In this document: positions 59,032 to 64,000 of the stretch, one piece after another
Layout of the letters: each line of letters opens with the position of its first letter
Position numbering within the stretch: the stretch's first letter is position 1
Source: Clostridium sp. CAG:793
GTDB taxonomy: Bacteria > Bacillota > Clostridia > TANB77 > CAG-508
DNA: 64,000 bases
NCBI GenBank assembly: GCA_000433915.1
Contig: HF993646.1
Coordinates: 69,357-133,356 of the forward strand
Reading direction: 5' to 3'
The notes under the pieces: model-generated
Told to the model about the DNA's origin: nothing
What the model saw: only the letters and a program-made list of their open reading frames with translations
Database searches by the model: none
Made by a program: the position numbers and the translations under genes

Positions 59032-61239
59032 ATGAAAAGAATAATTTTATCAATAGATGGAATGACATGTAGTGCGTGTTCTAATGGATTGGAGAAATAT
59101 TTAAATAAACAAAATGGAATAATAAATGCGTCTGTTAATTTAGTAATGGCTAATGCCACAATTGATTATGATGAGAAAATACTAGATCAAGAAAAAATTG
59201 AAAAATATGTAAAACAGGCAGGATTCAAGAGCTTAGGGATATTTAAAAAAATAGGAAATGAAGAAAAAAGTAAAAAAGAAAAAATAAAGTTTATATTTTT
59301 TACTATTATGGCGATTGTAATGATGTATATTTCAATGGGACACATGATTGGTTTGCCTTCAATAAAAATAATTGATATGCATCATAATACGGTTGGATAT
59401 GCAATAGCGATGATGATAATTTCAATTCTATTTTTAATATATGGATATGATATATTGAAAAACGGATATAAAAATTTGATTCATGTAATGCCTAATATGG
59501 ATACTCTAGTTTCTTTAGGAGTGGTAAGTAGTTTTGCTTATAGTGTGTATGAGATGATTAGCATAACTAAAGGAAATATGGCGAGTGTATCAAATTTGTA
59601 TTTTGAATCAGCCGCAATAGTAATATATTTTGTTAAACTTGGAAGATATATAGATGGAATCAGTACTGGAAAAACAAAAGATGCTATAAAAAAATTAGTT
59701 GAGATAACTCCTGAAAATGCCACAATAGAGATTGATGGAAAAGAAAAAGTTGTTACACTTGATGAAATAAAAAAAGATATGATAGTAATTGTAAAACCAG
59801 GTGAAAAGGTTGCCGTTGATGGAGAAATTATATCAGGTAAAGCTCATTTTGATGAATCATTTATTACAGGTGAAAGTAAGCCAACTCTTAAAGAAAGTGG
59901 AAACAAAGTACTAGCAGGGAGTATGAATTATGATGGCTATGTAAAATACAAAGCAGAAAGAATAGGTAAAGATTCGACTGTTTCTGAAATAGTAAGGCTT
60001 GTAATTGATGCTAGTAACACAAAAGCACCTATTGCTAAGATTGCAGATAAAATATGCAGTTATTTCGTTCCATCTGTTATAGCTATAGCATTTATTACTT
60101 TGTGTGCATATCTTTTAATGGGACAAGGCATAGCAAATGCCATTAGTACATTTGTAACTGTATTAGTTGTTGCATGTCCTTGTAGTTTGGGACTTGCTAC
60201 ACCGCTTGCAATAATTGTAAGTGAGGGAATTTGTGCTAGTCATGGAATATTAGTGAAAAAAAGTGAAATCTTAGAAAATGCATCTAAAATTGATACTATT
60301 ATATTTGACAAGACTGGAACTATAACATATGGTATGTTAAAGATATCGGAGATAATTAATTATTCTGACATGGAAAATGATGAAATAATAAAAATTGCTG
60401 GTAGTATTGAAGCGAAATCAACTCATCCAATTAGTAAAGCATTTGCAGATTATATGACTGAAAATAAAATTATTCCGTATAATATAGATGAATTTGAAAA
60501 CATAAGTGGATATGGAATTGTGGGAAATATAGAAAACAAAAAATATATAATTGGAAACAGCAAAATAATTGATAAATATGATATAGCAAATGATCATAAA
60601 GATGATGAGCTAAGATTGTCTAAAGGCGGAAATAGCATTGTGTATATTGCTAAGGACAACAAGATAATTGCTATGATAGGCGTTAATGACATTGTAAGAG
60701 AAAATGTAAGAGATGTAATCAGCAGATTAAACAAAAGAAATATTGCTACTATAATGCTAACAGGTGACAATGAGGAAACTGCTGGAAATGTTGGAAAACA
60801 AATAGGTATAACAGAAGTAATTGCAAATGTTTTACCAGCTGACAAGGCAAATGAGATAAAGAAATTAAAGAAAGAAAATCATAGAGTTATGATGTGCGGA
60901 GATGGGATAAACGATAGTCCAGCTCTTGCAAATGCTGATATAGGTGTTAGTGTACAAAGTGGTACTGATATTGCTATGGATGCATCTGATGTAATATTGA
61001 CTAAAAATGACTTGAATTCTGTATTACAATTAATACAAATAAGTGAAAAAACAGTTAGAAATATAAAACAGAATTTGTTTTGGGCATTTTTCTATAATGT
61101 TTTAATGATACCAATAGCAATGGGAATATTTAAATTTGCAGGAATATCTATTAATCCAATGATTGCAAGCTTAGCAATGATGTTTAGTAGTTTAACGGTT
61201 ATATTAAATGCCTTAAGATTAAAAAGAATGAATATATAA
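59032..61239 (+). CDS. copA: copper-translocating P1B-type ATPase
   Basis: N-terminal GMTCSAC, CPC (VVACPCSLG), DKTGT, GDGIND. Confidence 0.96.
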   Translation: MKRIILSIDGMTCSACSNGLEKYLNKQNGIINASVNLVMANATIDYDEKILDQEKIEKYVKQAGFKSLGIFKKIGNEEKSKKEKIKFIFFTIMAIVMMYISMGHMIGLPSIKIIDMHHNTVGYAIAMMIISILFLIYGYDILKNGYKNLIHVMPNMDTLVSLGVVSSFAYSVYEMISITKGNMASVSNLYFESAAIVIYFVKLGRYIDGISTGKTKDAIKKLVEITPENATIEIDGKEKVVTLDEIKKDMIVIVKPGEKVAVDGEIISGKAHFDESFITGESKPTLKESGNKVLAGSMNYDGYVKYKAERIGKDSTVSEIVRLVIDASNTKAPIAKIADKICSYFVPSVIAIAFITLCAYLLMGQGIANAISTFVTVLVVACPCSLGLATPLAIIVSEGICASHGILVKKSEILENASKIDTIIFDKTGTITYGMLKISEIINYSDMENDEIIKIAGSIEAKSTHPISKAFADYMTENKIIPYNIDEFENISGYGIVGNIENKKYIIGNSKIIDKYDIANDHKDDELRLSKGGNSIVYIAKDNKIIAMIGVNDIVRENVRDVISRLNKRNIATIMLTGDNEETAGNVGKQIGITEVIANVLPADKANEIKKLKKENHRVMMCGDGINDSPALANADIGVSVQSGTDIAMDASDVILTKNDLNSVLQLIQISEKTVRNIKQNLFWAFFYNVLMIPIAMGIFKFAGISINPMIASLAMMFSSLTVILNALRLKRMNI

Positions 61240-61245
61240 TAAAAT

Positions 61246-61296
61246 GGCCGCCATGGCAATACTTCCATTTGGAAGCAATAACCCTGGCGGCGTTTT
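61246..61296. terminator. GC-rich bidirectional terminator between copA and the 61.3-kb orphan
   Basis: Outer stem GCCGCCA/TGGCGGC and inner stem TTCCA/TGGAA, with T-runs on both sides. Confidence 0.7.
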
Positions 61297-61342
61297 GTAT
61301 GTGGCCTAAAGAGTGGCCACAGAGATAATTAAATTATTCGGG

Positions 61343-62269
61343 TTATGCGAGGCTGCTGAGGTCGAATACGCCGATCAAGCCAACATTTGCAATCATAGCC
61401 TTAAAGAGCCTCTCGACAGGACATTCGAAAATGCCTCCTTCGATGCTGCTATCTAGCAGCACAGCTGTCGTTCCTTCAAAGCCGATGAGGGTGACATACC
61501 GTCCTTCGACTTTTTCGGGGTCATCGAGATATATGGAGTTCTGGACTCTCACGATAACACCGATTCCTTTCCAGAGATTTTCAAAGATCTCATGGATGTT
61601 GTGCAGACGGGTGTCACGGTAGGCAATAGGATGTACGTCGCGAATTCTGACACCAAAGTTAGCGATGAGTTCGTCAAGATAGTACATAGAACCACCAATA
61701 CCATGAGGTCTGCCCAAAACCTTGATGATGTCTTCAGGGGTCTTAGCGTTTTTAAGAGAACTGATGACTTCATGGGTTGCTTCTTTCAAGAAACGGCTGT
61801 TGCTGAGGAAAACCTTCTTGATTTCTTCAACTTTGATTTCGGTCCACCCGAACGAAATGTACGGGAATTTCTCACAGCACCACATTCTGTAGCCTTTAGT
61901 GGCTGCATCTTTAATGAACTCTTCTACAGCAGGGATGTATCCGTTGCTTTTGTAAAAATCAGTGGATGTCAAAGCGTAAAAGGAATTATGGGCAGAGAGA
62001 CCTAAAACTCCAGCTCTTTCTACTGTGCCAATGATACCAAAAGGCATATCAGCATAATCTTTGGCAAATGCCAATTCATTGTATTCCCGCTTAAGTAGGG
62101 GATAGCTGTAGCTAAAAATCAATTCTTGGGTATCTTGCGGATTCTTAAGTGCATTTTCAATGGAATATTTCATTCCATAAGCACTACTGAGTACAAAGTC
62201 TTTCCTTTCTAGATATTTTGCCCGACTGCGCTCGCAGTCCGGAATGTGTTGAATCAGATAGTTACTCAT
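61343..62269 (-). CDS. hypothetical protein (308 aa), GC-rich orphan
   Basis: GGAGG RBS. One 60-nt line counted at 53% G+C. No domain recognised. Confidence 0.7.
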   Translation of the reverse strand: MSNYLIQHIPDCERSRAKYLERKDFVLSSAYGMKYSIENALKNPQDTQELIFSYSYPLLKREYNELAFAKDYADMPFGIIGTVERAGVLGLSAHNSFYALTSTDFYKSNGYIPAVEEFIKDAATKGYRMWCCEKFPYISFGWTEIKVEEIKKVFLSNSRFLKEATHEVISSLKNAKTPEDIIKVLGRPHGIGGSMYYLDELIANFGVRIRDVHPIAYRDTRLHNIHEIFENLWKGIGVIVRVQNSIYLDDPEKVEGRYVTLIGFEGTTAVLLDSSIEGGIFECPVERLFKAMIANVGLIGVFDLSSLA

Positions 62270-62436
62270 GATGTAAAACCTCCAATTGTTTAATTATCTC
62301 TTCAATAGAGATATCTTTATTATAACATATTATGTTAATAAAAACAATGCAATACGTAAATTTCTTTGAAAAATCAACAATTTTAAGGACAAAACTTAAA
62401 AAATATGCTATAATACTAATGATTGGAGTGTTAGAG

Positions 62437-62691
62437 ATGGAAAAAAAGACATATAAAGAAGCAAATAAGTCAGAAACTGAAACAACTATTAATGTACTAT
62501 ATCATGAAAAAATAATTACTATTTACACTAATAAAGTTGATTTGCAAAAAAAATTGAATAAATTATTAGGAGCTCCAACAAGAGAGTATAAGACTAAAAG
62601 ATCAATTACAGGAAGTTCATGGGATATTTCAATGGATGATAAAAGTATTATATCTAAGTTGATTCTTAAAGCTAATATATTTGAAATTTAA
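62437..62691 (+). CDS. hypothetical small protein (84 aa)
   Basis: The ATG at 62437 follows GGAG, and a TATAAT lies at 62408. Host-like composition. Confidence 0.5.
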   Translation: MEKKTYKEANKSETETTINVLYHEKIITIYTNKVDLQKKLNKLLGAPTREYKTKRSITGSSWDISMDDKSIISKLILKANIFEI

Positions 62692-62709
62692 ATTTTGTGG
62701 AGAATAAAA

Positions 62710-63411
62710 ATGGAGAGAATAGATAAAATAGTTGCATCACAAACAGAATATTCAAGAAAAGAGATAAAGAAACTGATAGCACAAGGGAAGATTACAGCTA
62801 ATGGAGAAAAAGTATTAAGACCAGAGCAGAAATTTGACATGGACTGTATAAATATTGTTATAGATGATAAACCTATTGAAGTAAACAGATATGTTTATTT
62901 AATTATGAATAAGCCTAAAGGATATGTTTCTGCAACAGAGGATAAAAATGATAAAACTGTACTTGATCTTGTACCTTCAAAATATAAAATGAGAAATTTA
63001 TTTCCTGTTGGAAGGCTTGACAAAGATACAACTGGAATGATGATTATAAGTGATGATGGAGAATTTGCGCATAATATACTTTCTCCTAAAAAGCATATTA
63101 TAAAAACTTATAGAGTTAAGATTGATATAGATATTAATGAAAAGATGAAAGAAGACTTTAAAAGAGGGATAGTACTTAAAGATCATGTATGTTGTCCTGC
63201 TGAAATTATAGTTCAAGATAAAAATACAGCTCTTGTTAAAATAACAGAAGGAAAATATCATCAGATAAAAAGAATGTTTGGATGTTTTGGAGCAAAAGTA
63301 GTTGAACTAGATAGAATCTCTATGGGAAAGCTTGATATGCCAGTTGACTTGAAAATGGGAGAATGCAGAGAACTAACAGAAGTTGAATTGCAGCTTTTAA
63401 AATTACGTTAA
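62710..63411 (+). CDS. rsuA: RsuA-family 16S rRNA pseudouridine synthase
   Basis: S4 N-terminal domain, GRLDKDTTGMMI, EGKYHQIKRMF. Confidence 0.88.
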   Translation: MERIDKIVASQTEYSRKEIKKLIAQGKITANGEKVLRPEQKFDMDCINIVIDDKPIEVNRYVYLIMNKPKGYVSATEDKNDKTVLDLVPSKYKMRNLFPVGRLDKDTTGMMIISDDGEFAHNILSPKKHIIKTYRVKIDIDINEKMKEDFKRGIVLKDHVCCPAEIIVQDKNTALVKITEGKYHQIKRMFGCFGAKVVELDRISMGKLDMPVDLKMGECRELTEVELQLLKLR

Positions 63412-63424
63412 TATGTACATAAAA

Positions 63425-64000
63425 TTATAATGAAACGATTTTAGCATAGACATTATTATCATCAGAACTCATATATAATTTTATTTTAGAACCAGTGTTA
63501 TTTTTAAACTTCATGTCAAGTTTGCCATAAGCAACAGCTGCGTCCTTGCCTTCAGGAACATAACTTACTTTTTGCCCATGATTGTTTCTCTCAATAATTT
63601 CAATATTGTTAGACTCTAAGGCAGCATTGTATAAAGTTGAACTTACTTGGCAGTTACCACCACCAATACCTTTAGTAATTCTATCGTTTATTATAACATC
63701 TGCTTCGAGATATCCTTTATCAGATGTGGGATTACCAACAACTTGATTGAATGAAAAAGTTTGCCCAGGTTCTACAATAGTTCCATTAATAGCCTGACAT
63801 GAAAGTTTTATATTTGTTCTTCTATTGGTGTCTCCAGATAACTTTGTTGAATAATGAGCCAATTCATGCTCTTTAGATGGCTGATCAGATGAAATATTTT
63901 CTGAAACATTTGCAACTGAGTTAATTTGAATGTTTTGTGAGCTCTCGGAATTATTTTGACTAAATCCGATTATTATAATAGAAAAATCCAACACATATAG
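63425..64000 (-). CDS. VanW-family protein (5' end outside the window)
   Basis: GQTFSFNQVVG, GIGGGNCQVSSTLYNA, GKDAAVAYG blocks. The ORF stays open to the window edge. Confidence 0.8.
   Translation of the reverse strand, partial: LYVLDFSIIIIGFSQNNSESSQNIQINSVANVSENISSDQPSKEHELAHYSTKLSGDTNRRTNIKLSCQAINGTIVEPGQTFSFNQVVGNPTSDKGYLEADVIINDRITKGIGGGNCQVSSTLYNAALESNNIEIIERNNHGQKVSYVPEGKDAAVAYGKLDMKFKNNTGSKIKLYMSSDDNNVYAKIVSL

Overview
This window looks like a low-GC chromosome segment from an endospore-forming, Clostridia-like Firmicute. Nearly all genes are on the + strand. Host 60-nt lines I counted by hand run about 22-30% G+C.

Core content: rpmF-rpmE, miaB, mutS, trpS, obg, lexA, tdk, murB, yvcK, holA, gpr, glyQS, dapF, mreB, ppaC, rnhA, tmcAL-like, EndoQ-like, spoIIM, xerD, rny, ymdB, spoVS, recA-recX, scpA, ytfJ, copZA, rsuA-like and four tRNAs (Glu-CUC, Gly-UCC, CAU, Tyr-GUA).

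Observations worth a second look:
1. The 0.8-kb non-coding gap between rny and ymdB has a promoter, an intrinsic terminator and nested long-range helices. This is compatible with a roughly 565-nt structured RNA. It lies just upstream of a small four-TM membrane protein, and a 33-codon ORF with a Shine-Dalgarno (SD) sequence runs antisense to it.
2. Five single- or two-gene islands are clearly richer in G+C (hand-counted lines 42-55%). Each has its own promoter and a GC-rich hairpin.
3. Two of these islands (55.6 kb and 57.9 kb) encode diverged paralogues of an unknown OB/S1-like protein. Their promoter and palindrome leaders are homologous.
4. A 1.09-kb P-loop kinase cassette between holA and gpr is bracketed by 77/79-bp direct repeats. 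The repeats duplicate a terminator, a forespore-type promoter, the RBS and the gpr start.
5. A GH25-LysM lysin is broken twice by the same +1 lesion (an extra C before GGAG).
6. A TetR-controlled PlsC-GT8-GT8-PlsC cluster has twin operators.

I saw no CRISPR array, transposase, reverse transcriptase or rRNA. All function calls rest on motif recognition by eye. No database search was run.
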